Assembly (NCBI RefSeq): GCF_000142905.1
Contig: NW_013657675.1
Span: 434,001 to 498,000, forward strand
Length of the DNA: 64,000 nt
From: Thecamonas trahens ATCC 50062
Lineage: Eukaryota > Protista > Apusomonadida
Direction of reading: 5' to 3'
Shown here piece by piece: positions 32,839 through 42,795 of the stretch. Each line of letters begins with the position of its first letter. Position 1 is the stretch's first letter. Below the pieces are notes generated by a model, which saw only the letters and a list, made by a program, of their open reading frames with translations, had not been told where the DNA came from and did not search any database. Both the position numbers and the translations under genes were made by a program.

Positions 32839-33075
32839 TTTATCTCTCTTTCTATCAACTATGTGGTGTGGTGGGGGTGGGGGTTTGATCGCGTGGCGGC
32901 ATCTGCTCATGTCGCCTCGAAAAAACACCAACAACACGCTTCTTGTGAACTGACTCCACCAACACCTGACAAGCCGAGGCATCACCTCACCGTCCCTACG
33001 CTCTACCTCTTCCCCTCCTCCTCCCCCTTCCCCCCTCCTGTGCAACCCCAAGCCTACCTCCCATACTCCCTTCTC

Positions 33076-33928
33076 ATGTCTGCAGGTACGGATAGACATA
33101 CGACATCATTCCCTCTCATTGCACCTCTCCACCACATCTCCCTATCTCCATACTCACATCACCACCTGCTGGCGGTAACGACGGCTAGGATTCGTGCCGG
33201 CCACGCCAGACGCACCGTGCAAGGCGTGTGGCAAGGCCTTTCAAGAAGGTCAGATTCCTATGAAGTGTGGAGAGGATCGGTATCATGTGGCTTGCTTCCA
33301 TTGTGCTTCGTGTGATGCCATCCTTACAAAGGTTGTCTTTATCGAAGAAGTCATCATGTGCCCACCCTGTGCCGCTGACTATCGAGCCGACCAGAAGCGC
33401 CTCGCTGACGCCGCCCTTGCTTCTCAACTTCACAATTGCGCCGCGTGCGGCGATCGCATCGAAGGCGCCGAGCTGTTTGCTCTCGACAAGTACTGGCATG
33501 GCATGGGCTGCTTCACATGCGGCTATTGCGCCCGCGATTTGTCCACAAAGTTCGCCGTCGCCGATGGCGTCGCCTACTGCAACCAGGGCTGCTTTGAGCA
33601 CGCCCAGGCCGGCGATGCGCCTCCAGAGCCCCCAGCATCCACCGACGCTGCTGCCGCCTCTCAGACGCCTGCTGGCGACCAGCCTGCTGCATCTGTCAGT
33701 GAGGGCGAGCCAGACGATTGCTACGCGTGCGCCAAGCCTGTAACTGACAGCAAGTCGATGCGGGTCCCGCCGCTCGGCCGCTTCCACATCGACTGCTACG
33801 TCTGTGGCGCCTGCACCCAGACCATCGGCACCAACATTGTCGCCCGTCCACCGGCCTCGGAAGGCGAAAAGTACCGCCTATTCTGCTGCGATGCCTGCGC
33901 CGAGGCTGATGCCGTTGTCGAGGCGTAG
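33076..33928 (+). CDS. LIM-domain protein (3 LIM domains)
   Basis: Three CxxC...HxxCxxCxxC...CxxC units. Exon 1 ATGTCTGCAG, intron 33086-33188 (GTACGG...GGTAAC...CTAG), giving MSAGFVPATPDAPCKAC. Confidence 0.9.
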
Positions 33929-33975
33929 CTAGGCTGCCTGTAAACCCACTTGTCGCTTCGTGCTCGTTGCACGTC

Positions 33976-35508
33976 ATGGATGACAGTCTCTTTGCCGAGC
34001 TCCGCAGCGGGAATACCACACTTCGGACAGGCCGTCAACACATTCGCCTGCAGCTACCGGAACTCCTGCGTGCGGCTGCTGCTGCTGTAGAGTGCAACGC
34101 CGACGTAGGCGGCCCACAGCTGGCGGTCTCTGTCCCAATCGGAGCCAGTGTGGGCGAGGCGCTGGCTGCGGCTGCGGCCGAGCTGACCAGCACAGATGGC
34201 AGCATTGCTGCCGCCGGTGAGATCAAGCTTGAGCTCCCAAGCCCTATCCATGTCGGCAAGGTGGTTGGCGATGGCGATGGTTGGGGTGCTGCGGTCGGTC
34301 GTGGTCCCGCCTCGGCGGAGCCTGGCGGCATGGAAGCTTGGCTCCACGCCCGGACTGTCCAGCACAGTCTGGCGCGGGCAGCCGATGATTTGCCGTCTGG
34401 TGCTATTGTCTCGATGGTTGTTCCACCGAGGTGGGCAGCGCGTGGTAGGAAGCTCCTGCTCTTGGCCCACGGCTTTCGCAAGGTCGGTACAGTGCGATCG
34501 GCCGAGCTTGACGTCGACGATCCGTTTGTGGCTGGCCAGCTGCAGCGTGGAATGGCGGTGGCAATCACCTCGTATCGTCGCGAGGGCCGCATCGTCCGTG
34601 ATGCGGTCAAAGACATGATCGATCTTCGCCAGTGGGCGGCCAACCATCTGCCGCAGCCGCCTGTCCGGGTTGTGGTTGAGGGCCGGTCCATGGGCGGCGC
34701 CGTCGTGGTCCACCTCGCCGAGTCGGCAGCTGCCGCCGAGTTTGATGGCATCGTCGCCATCGGCGCGGCCTTGCTTGTTTGTGAGGACGACGATGAGGGG
34801 TATGCCTTTAGTCACGCGCCGCGGCTCCCGATCGTCTTTCTGGCCAACGAGTCCGAGGTCTCTGTTGTCGACAGCTATGTGGAGCGGGTGGTGGCGGTCG
34901 CCAACGCCGAGGCCGCTGATCGCGTCGACTCGGGCATTGTGGTCCCGGCAGTTTGGCAGGTTCCACGCGATGGCCACAACCTTGTGGCTTGGCTGGAGCG
35001 TTCAACAGCACACGACAAGCTGGCGACATGGGTGGACCATGCGTCGCTGGTCACTCTCCGTCGGCGTCACATCCTGATGGAGCCGCCACTGGTCGGCGAG
35101 ACTGCGGTACCGGTCGGTAGAACCAAGATCCGTGCTGTTGTTGGTGCTGTCCATCCAGTCCACCGCTCGTTTGTCCTGGACGTGACGCGTGCACGGCTTG
35201 GTGACCTTGGTCATCGACCAGGCAAGGCGTTCTCGCTCGCCACCGCCGGCGAAAGTGCCCTTGTCCGCGTCTTCTACTCGACCTATCCGTTTGGCGATGT
35301 GCCGGCGGATGCCTTTATGGCGTACAACCACCCTGACGGCCACATCGTCGTCACTCAGAAGGGCTGGTACAAAGTCCACACCCCCGCCGATACTCTCGGC
35401 CTTGTCCCAGGTGCCATTGTCACCATCGGGCCGGCGCTCCCAGCCTCGGCCACCGACACGCTGCCAAATCCCCCTGCCGCCGCATCCGGGGCCTCGTCGT
35501 CGGCATAG
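33976..35508 (+). CDS. Alpha/beta-hydrolase with C-terminal DUF62/SAM-hydroxide adenosyltransferase C-terminal-like beta-barrel
   Basis: LLLLAHGFR (oxyanion region), TSYRREG, nucleophile elbow EGRSMGG and His motif RDGHN. C-terminal YSTYPFGDVP...DG...ADTLGLVPGAIVTI pattern. Confidence 0.75.
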   Translation: MDDSLFAELRSGNTTLRTGRQHIRLQLPELLRAAAAAVECNADVGGPQLAVSVPIGASVGEALAAAAAELTSTDGSIAAAGEIKLELPSPIHVGKVVGDGDGWGAAVGRGPASAEPGGMEAWLHARTVQHSLARAADDLPSGAIVSMVVPPRWAARGRKLLLLAHGFRKVGTVRSAELDVDDPFVAGQLQRGMAVAITSYRREGRIVRDAVKDMIDLRQWAANHLPQPPVRVVVEGRSMGGAVVVHLAESAAAAEFDGIVAIGAALLVCEDDDEGYAFSHAPRLPIVFLANESEVSVVDSYVERVVAVANAEAADRVDSGIVVPAVWQVPRDGHNLVAWLERSTAHDKLATWVDHASLVTLRRRHILMEPPLVGETAVPVGRTKIRAVVGAVHPVHRSFVLDVTRARLGDLGHRPGKAFSLATAGESALVRVFYSTYPFGDVPADAFMAYNHPDGHIVVTQKGWYKVHTPADTLGLVPGAIVTIGPALPASATDTLPNPPAAASGASSSA

Positions 35509-35836
35509 CCTCCAGGCCTGTAGGCAGGACACTGTGGCCATTTCAGCTCTACCAGCTCCACCAGGCAGCGCAGGTACCGCTACGGCCAACATACGCCTCC
35601 GATTATCCTCTTCCCAAACTCTGATCTGTCCGCCAAAGCAAAGCGCGCGACTCTGTGTGCAACAGCGATGCGCCCAATGCCCGCCAGCCCGACACCATTC
35701 AGCGGTCGCAGTTGGGCCAGCCCCCCCCCCCCCCCCCCCCCCCCCCCTTGCCACCCCCACCCCAGACACCAGACCCCACTCCTCCCGCCCCCGCCCCGAC
35801 ACCTTGTCACCCCCCATTCCACTCTCTTCTTCCATT

Positions 35837-38383
35837 ATGGATACGTCGGCGTTTGCGTCGTCGACGTTCTCGCCTGTGACGTGGGTCAACCGTGTGCTGG
35901 CCGAGGGTGAGGCACTTGCTGACCCTCTTGCTGTCCACCTGGCCGTCGTCACCTCGCAGCTGGAAATGGCCTATTCCACGCTCTCTGTGCGGACGGATGA
36001 GGCTGCTGCTCGTGCGCTGGCGGCGGTTCCTCGGGCCTTGCGTGAGCTCGAGTCCTTGCGCAAGTCAGCGACTGCCCTGGCGGCGGTGACGGCGGCAGCG
36101 ACGGCAGAGCTCGACGAGCTGGAGGCTCAGACAGGGCCGGCTGTGGCGGAGCTGGGCACGCTGGATGGTGCCCGTGAGCGGCTGGTGGCTTCGGCGCACG
36201 CACTCTCGCAGGTTCAGTCGCTCTCGTCATCGCTGGCAGAGATGAACACACTGTTCAAGGCCGGCAACTATGTGGAGATCGCTCACAAGCTCGAGGCCAT
36301 GAACTCGGCGCTAGAGCTGTTGGCATACATGCCGTCATCAGACGATGTGCGAACCCAAGTCGCCGACTACGCCACTCAGCTGGAGAGCCTGGTGGCGCCG
36401 AAGCTGACCTCGGCGCTGAAGGCTTCCGACGCCAAGGCTGTAGTCTCGCTCGTTGCAGTCCTGCGCTCGATCTCACGGTCGGACGAGATGTGGCAGTTCT
36501 ACCTCCGGGCGCGGGCGTCGTCGCTGAATGCGGCGTGGGGCGAGGTGCCGCGTGAGAGCGGTGGTGACGTCGGCAGCTGGATGGCGAGCTTCATGGCCGA
36601 GTTTGTCGAGTGGGTGGCCGGCGAGCTAGCGTTTGCGGGTGCAGTCTTTAGTGAGGACGCATCGATTGCGCCGCCACGTGTTCTGCCGCATCTTGTCCAG
36701 TTTGCGCTCGATGAGCGGCAACCGCCGCTAGGCGAGGTTGTTGGCGGCGTGGTTGCCTCGCGCGACCTGGTCCAGGGCTACGCGCTGTACTCGAGCGTCA
36801 TGACCGGCCTTGCGCTCACGCTTGAGCCGCTGGCGGAGAAGGGCGGACTGGTGAGCGCAGGCGAGCGGCTGGACTCGGACCCTGAGAGGCCAAGGCCGGC
36901 GCTCGGGCCTGTGGTGGAGAGCTTTGTGCAACCACTGGCACCGTTTCTGGACGCGCTCGTGCCACTCACGGTCGAGCTGCTCGAGTCGTCGATGGCCGGC
37001 GTCATCCAGCGGCACATTCCGTCAAGCCAAGCCGGCTCTGACCCGCGGCCGGGCTCGTTTACCTTTGAGCTCGATGCGTCGCTTGATGGCTCTGCAGCGT
37101 CGTCGCTGTACGCCGGAGTGATGCAGGAAGTTGCGCTGGCGGGCGGCGCGCTCTTTGACGAGTTGACAGCGTTGGTGGAAGCCGAGCTTGTGGAGGTTCA
37201 CGTCTCGCTGGTGGGCGAGCCGGTTGTTGCAGTGCTGTCGGAGACGCTCAACTCATTTGTGGGCAAGATGTTGCAGTTGTTGGAGCTGCTGCGATCGATT
37301 TCACCACTGGACAAGGGCAAGACCGGAAGCGACGGGAGCGATGGGCGGAGCGCAGGGCTGGTGTGGGAGTTTTTCCAGGCCTCGATCCGCGGACTCGAGT
37401 CTGTGGCAGCACTGATGGAGCGGCTCGAGTCGTTTGATGAGGAGGTGCGCAGAGTGTTGGGCCGTGCGCTGCAGCGAGTGGTGACGCCGGAGCGGTTGGC
37501 ATGGTGGAGCAGCGTAGAGGAGGCCCAGAACCGCATTGCGCAGGACGGGCCGACTCTGGTGGCGCTGGACGAGCTAGAGGCGGCGTATGGCGGGTATGCA
37601 AGCCTTGTGCCGCCGCCCGGCTCTGCATCAGAGCCCGGGCGTGAGCAGGCGCAGCTGGCGCAGTTTGTCGTCCTTGCAGTGACCGAGGGCGGGACGCAGC
37701 TGGAGCGAGTCGATCATCTGCGCCGTGCGCTTGGTGAGCCGGGCGCCGACCGGCCGATGACGATGCTTCCGAATCCTGCGCGAGCATTTGCGGGGCTGGC
37801 GAGCGAGGTGGTGGGTCTTGCCAAGGCTTTTGCCTTTGCGCCGATCGCCGAGCAGCTGGCCGGTGTGGCGGGCGACGAGGCGTGGCGGGCGGGCGGCGTG
37901 CCGCAGCCGGCGTTTTCCATGACGCCATCGGCTTACATTACGCACGTCGGAGATCATCTGTACATGCTACTGCAGCAGCTGGAGCCGTTTGCGGGCTCGC
38001 AACGGCTGCAGAGTCGGGCGATGCAGCTGCTTGCGCCGCTCGTGCCCGGCGGCGGGAATGGTGAGGGCGAGGGCGACGCGGGCGGCGAAGGCGGCGACGT
38101 GTTCGCGGCTCTTTGGGTGTCTGCCATGGCGCGGACGGCCATGTCGGCGTTTGTGGACGCAATTTTGGAGGTGCCTGTGGTGACGCCGGCCGGGGCGCGG
38201 CAGCTCGAGGCCGACATTGGGTATCTCGCCAACGTGGTGGCTGTTCTTGGCGAGCCGCTGGATCCTGCGCTGAGCGATGTGCGGACGCTGCTGCGAGGCG
38301 AGGACGACAGCGTGGGGCTTGTCTCCGGGCGGGCGTCGGAGATTGGGCGCGTGCTGGGCAAGGCGCGGGAGGGCGGCGCGTAA
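35837..38383 (+). CDS. COG7: Conserved oligomeric Golgi complex subunit 7
   Basis: N-terminus MDTSAFASSTFSPVTWVN and VPRALRELE. C-terminal FSMTPSAYITHVGDHL..L.QQLEPF and QLEADIGYLANV match the COG7 pattern. Confidence 0.88.
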   Translation: MDTSAFASSTFSPVTWVNRVLAEGEALADPLAVHLAVVTSQLEMAYSTLSVRTDEAAARALAAVPRALRELESLRKSATALAAVTAAATAELDELEAQTGPAVAELGTLDGARERLVASAHALSQVQSLSSSLAEMNTLFKAGNYVEIAHKLEAMNSALELLAYMPSSDDVRTQVADYATQLESLVAPKLTSALKASDAKAVVSLVAVLRSISRSDEMWQFYLRARASSLNAAWGEVPRESGGDVGSWMASFMAEFVEWVAGELAFAGAVFSEDASIAPPRVLPHLVQFALDERQPPLGEVVGGVVASRDLVQGYALYSSVMTGLALTLEPLAEKGGLVSAGERLDSDPERPRPALGPVVESFVQPLAPFLDALVPLTVELLESSMAGVIQRHIPSSQAGSDPRPGSFTFELDASLDGSAASSLYAGVMQEVALAGGALFDELTALVEAELVEVHVSLVGEPVVAVLSETLNSFVGKMLQLLELLRSISPLDKGKTGSDGSDGRSAGLVWEFFQASIRGLESVAALMERLESFDEEVRRVLGRALQRVVTPERLAWWSSVEEAQNRIAQDGPTLVALDELEAAYGGYASLVPPPGSASEPGREQAQLAQFVVLAVTEGGTQLERVDHLRRALGEPGADRPMTMLPNPARAFAGLASEVVGLAKAFAFAPIAEQLAGVAGDEAWRAGGVPQPAFSMTPSAYITHVGDHLYMLLQQLEPFAGSQRLQSRAMQLLAPLVPGGGNGEGEGDAGGEGGDVFAALWVSAMARTAMSAFVDAILEVPVVTPAGARQLEADIGYLANVVAVLGEPLDPALSDVRTLLRGEDDSVGLVSGRASEIGRVLGKAREGGA

Positions 38384-38400
38384 ACAAAGCGCGGGCGAGT

Positions 38401-39627
38401 TTAGGTGTGCTTGCGGACACGCTTCTTGCGACGATGGGCACCTGGGGCGTGTCCTGGTTGCAGGGTGGTGCGCGAGACCGAGGAGGGAGAGTGAGAGCGC
38501 GAGCGCGAGACGGTTTGCGAGCGCGAGGCTTGGCGCGAGCGCGACTGGACCGAAGCTTTTGCGGACGAGGCCCACTTGAGAAGCTTTGCATGGACAATCT
38601 GGCGGCCGTTACCCTGCTGCCAGTTCATGATGGAGAGGACGAGGTTGGCGAGGTGAGTGTCCGGAGCGTCTGAAGTGATCCATGAGTGCTTGAGAGCCTT
38701 GGCGGGCGTTATCCGTTTGCTCGGATTGACCTGCAGCATCTTGGAGATGAGGTCCTTGGCCGAGTCTGAGATGCCGGCCCACTCACGCCCGTCGAACGAG
38801 TAGTCCGCGGAAACGATGGCTCGGTAGAGCTCGCGGTCTGTGTTTCCGCCAAAGGGGGTGAGGCCGGAGAGGAGAATAAACATGATGACGCCTGCGGACC
38901 AGGTGTCGACGGCTTCGTTGTAGCGCCGTTGCAACAAGATCTCGGGCGCAACGTAGCCCGGCGAGCCGCAGGCGACGGTTAGCAGTTTGTCGTGGTCAAT
39001 GACGGCGCTGAGGCCAAAGTCTGCGATCTTGATGGTGATGTCGCCGTTGGCATCCTCGTGATACAGCAGGTTTTCCGGCTTGAGGTCGCGATGGACCAAG
39101 TTGAGGCTGTGCATGTGTGAGAGTGCTGAGAGAAGCTGCTTCATGATGGTAGCCGCAGTGGCCTCGGAGTAGTGGCCGCGCTCGATGATGTGGTCAAAGA
39201 GCTCGCCGCCGTCCACCTTTTCCAGCACCATGTAAAAGTGGTCTTCCGACTCAAACACCTCGTACAGCTTGATGATGTTGGGGTGATTGACCTTCATCAG
39301 CACCTTGATCTCAATGTCCAGATCCTCAGGCTCAAAGTTGGACGCCCGGGTGTCGATGGCCTTGATGGCCAGCTCGGCACCATCCGACTTGCGGGTAGCG
39401 TCGTAGACTTCAGCAAATGAGCCCTTGCCGAGCAACGATCCAAAGATGTAAAAGTTGCCGATCGGTTGCTCGTAGTGTTGTGCTATGTCATCCGCTGCGC
39501 CGTGATGGACCGAGACTGCTGGACTCTGACCTCCATCGGCTTGCTCAACGGCATGTTCATCGAGCTCCTTCTTTGGTGCCGGCACGGTTCCCTGTTCAAC
39601 CGAGCTCTTGGACGATCCACAGCCCAT
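38401..39627 (-). CDS. CAMK-group (CaMKI-like) Ser/Thr kinase with MGCGSS acylation motif
   Basis: LGKGSFAEV, AIK, GGELFDHI, HRDLKPENLL, DFGLS, CGSPGYVAPE and DTWSAG. Ser/Arg-rich tail. Confidence 0.95.
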   Translation of the reverse strand: MGCGSSKSSVEQGTVPAPKKELDEHAVEQADGGQSPAVSVHHGAADDIAQHYEQPIGNFYIFGSLLGKGSFAEVYDATRKSDGAELAIKAIDTRASNFEPEDLDIEIKVLMKVNHPNIIKLYEVFESEDHFYMVLEKVDGGELFDHIIERGHYSEATAATIMKQLLSALSHMHSLNLVHRDLKPENLLYHEDANGDITIKIADFGLSAVIDHDKLLTVACGSPGYVAPEILLQRRYNEAVDTWSAGVIMFILLSGLTPFGGNTDRELYRAIVSADYSFDGREWAGISDSAKDLISKMLQVNPSKRITPAKALKHSWITSDAPDTHLANLVLSIMNWQQGNGRQIVHAKLLKWASSAKASVQSRSRQASRSQTVSRSRSHSPSSVSRTTLQPGHAPGAHRRKKRVRKHT

Positions 39628-40668
39628 GATGACACTGGTACTTATATAGAGTATCCACAACAAGTGCGTTGTTGAAGATATCCCCAATACAGTACCTTCT
39701 ACGTTCGTATCAACAAACTCGTTGACCCCCTTTTAGCCGTAGACCGTTGTCTCTCCCACAGAAGGTGCGGGCGAGTCAAGGTTGGTGACTCGTAGCGTTC
39801 CGCAAAGCGTCAAGGACAAACAAGGTCCGACCGAGGAAATATGTTTGAGGATATACGCCGTATGAGTGTGATTGTTTGTGTAACACTTGGTGTATGTGTG
39901 TGTGTGCGTGCGTGTGTGTGCGTGATTGTATGTGCGTGTGTGTGAGTGGTGCTGTGTGGTGGGAGAGGAGGTGAACGAGAGGTGTCGTCACGCCCGTTGA
40001 AATCTTGATCGCTTTAGGCTGGTGGGGCGAAGCCGTGCACGTGCGAGCTCGGCTCGTGCAGGTGACCAATGAAACTGTTTCGCACACGGTAACGTGACAG
40101 GAGGGAGAGGAGGGGGAAGGGCGGGGGGTAGGGGATTGAAGGTGGGAGAGGTGGATGTGTGACTGAGAGATCGTTCCGGGTTTGGGTGTGTGGTATGTAT
40201 GCTGTTGTTGATGCGCCCAGCGTGGGTGGTATCGGTCGGGGTTGATGCGATGGGGAAAGGAGGGGGAGGGGGAGGGCTGTGCTTGGGTGATATGGCAAAG
40301 AAGTGATGCGTGTCAAGACAATACCTGTGGGTGGGCTGATGTTGTGGGTGATTTGATGATGGATGTGGAGCATCGCGTGGTCACCAACGGCGATCATGCT
40401 CATGAGCGCGATCATGATCATGATCGTGATCACGATTGTGATCACCTCGGGGTGGGCTAGCGTCCTTGAGCGGCTTGGTGGCCAAGGCCAAACTAGGTGA
40501 AGAGTTGGGCGTGTCATGGATAGCAGTGGGGGCGAAAGAGGTGGTGGCGGGTGGTGTGGACGGCGCGGAGGGGGAGGTGGGGAGAGTCGAAGGAGGGGAG
40601 GGCGGGGGAAGGGACTGGGCTGGGATGGGGGGGGCAAGGACGCGACAGGGACAGGGAACGAAGGTGTT

Positions 40669-40797
40669 TTATTGCGAGCGGAGCATGCGGATGACGTAGG
40701 GCGCGGCACGGAGGGCGACGAGGAAGCCTGTGAGGATGAAGAACCGGCGCTTGAGGTTGGCAGTCTCGGCGGCAACGTCAACAGGCTCGCCAAACAT
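40669..40797 (-). CDS. 42-aa single-TM microprotein resembling the small TOM subunit Tom5
   Basis: MFGEPVDVAAETANLKRRFFILTGFLVALRAAPYVIRMLRSQ*. Nearly all codons end in C/G or match the host bias. The start context ACATCATG resembles other genes here. TM contains the R-x-x-P-aromatic motif. Confidence 0.7.
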   Translation of the reverse strand: MFGEPVDVAAETANLKRRFFILTGFLVALRAAPYVIRMLRSQ

Positions 40798-41011
40798 GAT
40801 GTGTGGAGGGAGTTGGGTGGTGGCCTGTGGTTTGAGGTGGCGGACGGGTGGGTGGTCATTTTGCTGCTCATCGTCGCCCAGATGAGGACCACAAACCGGC
40901 ACTGCCGAGCATGATCGTCACGGTAGTCCACCTGCTCTCCCCTCCCCTCTCCCCCCCCCCCCTTGCATTTCCGACCATGCTCGCTCCTTGGCAGGTTTAG
41001 CGTGAACGGCT

Positions 41012-42463
41012 TCATGTCGAGGCGTAGGCATAGTCGACGCCGGCAATGGGAGAGGAGAGGTCAGCGACAGCAGCGTGTGAGGCGTCGCAGGCGGCCGGGG
41101 TGGCAAGGACCGCGGTGTAGGTGCACTTTTCGGGCTCGTCGATGGCGTAGAGTTCATCGTCAGAGCCGCAGACGAGCGCGACGCGGAGCGAGCGCATCGG
41201 CCCGTTCCAGCACTTTGCGCCGTTCTCGAAGAGCATCGAGTCGTAGGCCGGATCCCACTTGCCCCACGAGCCGAGGAGGGTTGACGAGCCGCCAGAGAGC
41301 GACTTTTGGCGGGCGTCCTTGAACGGGCACACCTCGTACTCGTACTCGCGGGTCTTGAACGACACACACTTGCCGACGAGTGGGAAGAACTCGGCTTCCG
41401 GGCCGACATCGAGCCGGGTCTTGTCGTTGGCCTCGTTGGCCTCGCGCTCGGCGGTGTTAAACTCGCGCTGCAGCTCGTCGCGGGTGGCACGTGCGGCGGC
41501 AGCGGCGGCGATGACTGCCTCTTCCTCTCCGGGCGGGACGAGGCGGATGCCCTCAACACCATGCTCCTCAGTCTCAAAGGTGTCGAGCGGCTCGAGGGGA
41601 GGCGGTGGTGAGGGCGGGACAATGGTTGCTTCCGGGGCAGAGTCCTCAGCCAATTCTTCAACCGAGTCTGAGGCGGGGTCTGTGGGAGCAGAAGCGGGAG
41701 CGGCAGCGGCCTCGGCGATGTCACGATCGCGCTGCAGGCGGGCCTGGCGGGCCTTGGCGATCTTCTCCAGGGTCTCTGCATCTGTGGCGGCGGTCTTGGC
41801 TGCCTCTAGGCGGTCGCGGAGAGAGTCGACGTCGGAAGCCTTGTCCTGAGCAAGCTGGCGGGCAGCGGCAAGGGCGGCCGAGCCATCGGCGATGTACTGC
41901 AGCTTTGCGGTGGCGCCGGCAACGACAACGCGGTTGCGCTGGCGAATGCGGCGGACAGCCTCCTGGCCCTCCTCCACGCAAGTGTTCGGGCATGCGACGC
42001 GCGCAGCGGCAGCCTCGTCGGCACCGTCGCAGCAATCGCACACGCCATCGCCGACAAAGGACACAGGCACGTCCTTGGGCATTGAGCCGAGGTTGGGGCA
42101 GTGGAAGGTGGCGTGCGGAGTGCGACCGGCACACGCCGCCGTACCGGGCTCATCGGCCGCATCAGCACAGTCGCAGTATCCGTCGTTGATGGCCGACCAG
42201 GGCAGCAGCTGCGGCGTAGCATCGGCAGAGCCGTCAGCAGCTACGCACCACACGCCGTCGGCCGAGTACGCCTCGCCGCGGTGCGGCGCAAGGCCATGGA
42301 CCGCGGCCACAGAGCCGCTGTCCTCGGCTGCGACACAAGCAGCAGAAAGCAAGACTGCCGCTGCAGCCAGTACCACCATACTCAGTCGTCCGGTCGTCCG
42401 CCATGCGCCTGTGGTCCGCTCTCTCGTGGGGCTGCCTGCGCCGGCTGCTGGTGATGAGGTCAT
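41012..42463 (-). CDS. PRKCSH: Glucosidase II beta subunit
   Basis: Signal peptide. LDLa-like INDGYCDCADAADEPGTAAC and VGDGVCDCCDGADE. MRH domain YEYEVCPF...GAKCWNGPMRS...EPEKCTY...TPAAC. An alternative start is at 42379. Confidence 0.93.
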   Translation of the reverse strand: MTSSPAAGAGSPTRERTTGAWRTTGRLSMVVLAAAAVLLSAACVAAEDSGSVAAVHGLAPHRGEAYSADGVWCVAADGSADATPQLLPWSAINDGYCDCADAADEPGTAACAGRTPHATFHCPNLGSMPKDVPVSFVGDGVCDCCDGADEAAAARVACPNTCVEEGQEAVRRIRQRNRVVVAGATAKLQYIADGSAALAAARQLAQDKASDVDSLRDRLEAAKTAATDAETLEKIAKARQARLQRDRDIAEAAAAPASAPTDPASDSVEELAEDSAPEATIVPPSPPPPLEPLDTFETEEHGVEGIRLVPPGEEEAVIAAAAAARATRDELQREFNTAEREANEANDKTRLDVGPEAEFFPLVGKCVSFKTREYEYEVCPFKDARQKSLSGGSSTLLGSWGKWDPAYDSMLFENGAKCWNGPMRSLRVALVCGSDDELYAIDEPEKCTYTAVLATPAACDASHAAVADLSSPIAGVDYAYAST

Positions 42464-42795
42464 GGTTCGAGAAGGGTGTGTCGCTGCCGAGCGGCCAACT
42501 TGCCGCCACCCATTGTTCAGCCGTAGTGATCGATCACAGCCGAGGGCGGTGTGACAGGCGAGGGCGTGGACCTGGCCCGCGCTTAGGGTCAGCCGCCCCT
42601 CCACCCCATACTCGGGCATGATGATCAATGCACATCAGAGTTTTTCTGTGTGGCTGTCCGTGAGCCAGCCGCCAGCCGTGGAGGGGCGGGGTGGAGGTCG
42701 GTGTGCCGTTGGTGCAAGAAAAGGTCGTGAAACTGTGTCGCGAGTCGTGAGGGGACATTCAACGGAGACGCAAACACCTCTCTCTGAAGGCCATC

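Noticed and set aside
35189-35836. Long N-terminal extensions in the ORF track (COG7, also RasGEF, kinase, COG2, VWA)
   Set aside because: They mostly start at non-ATG codons or run through poly-C and microsatellite tracts; homology and codon bias begin at downstream ATGs.
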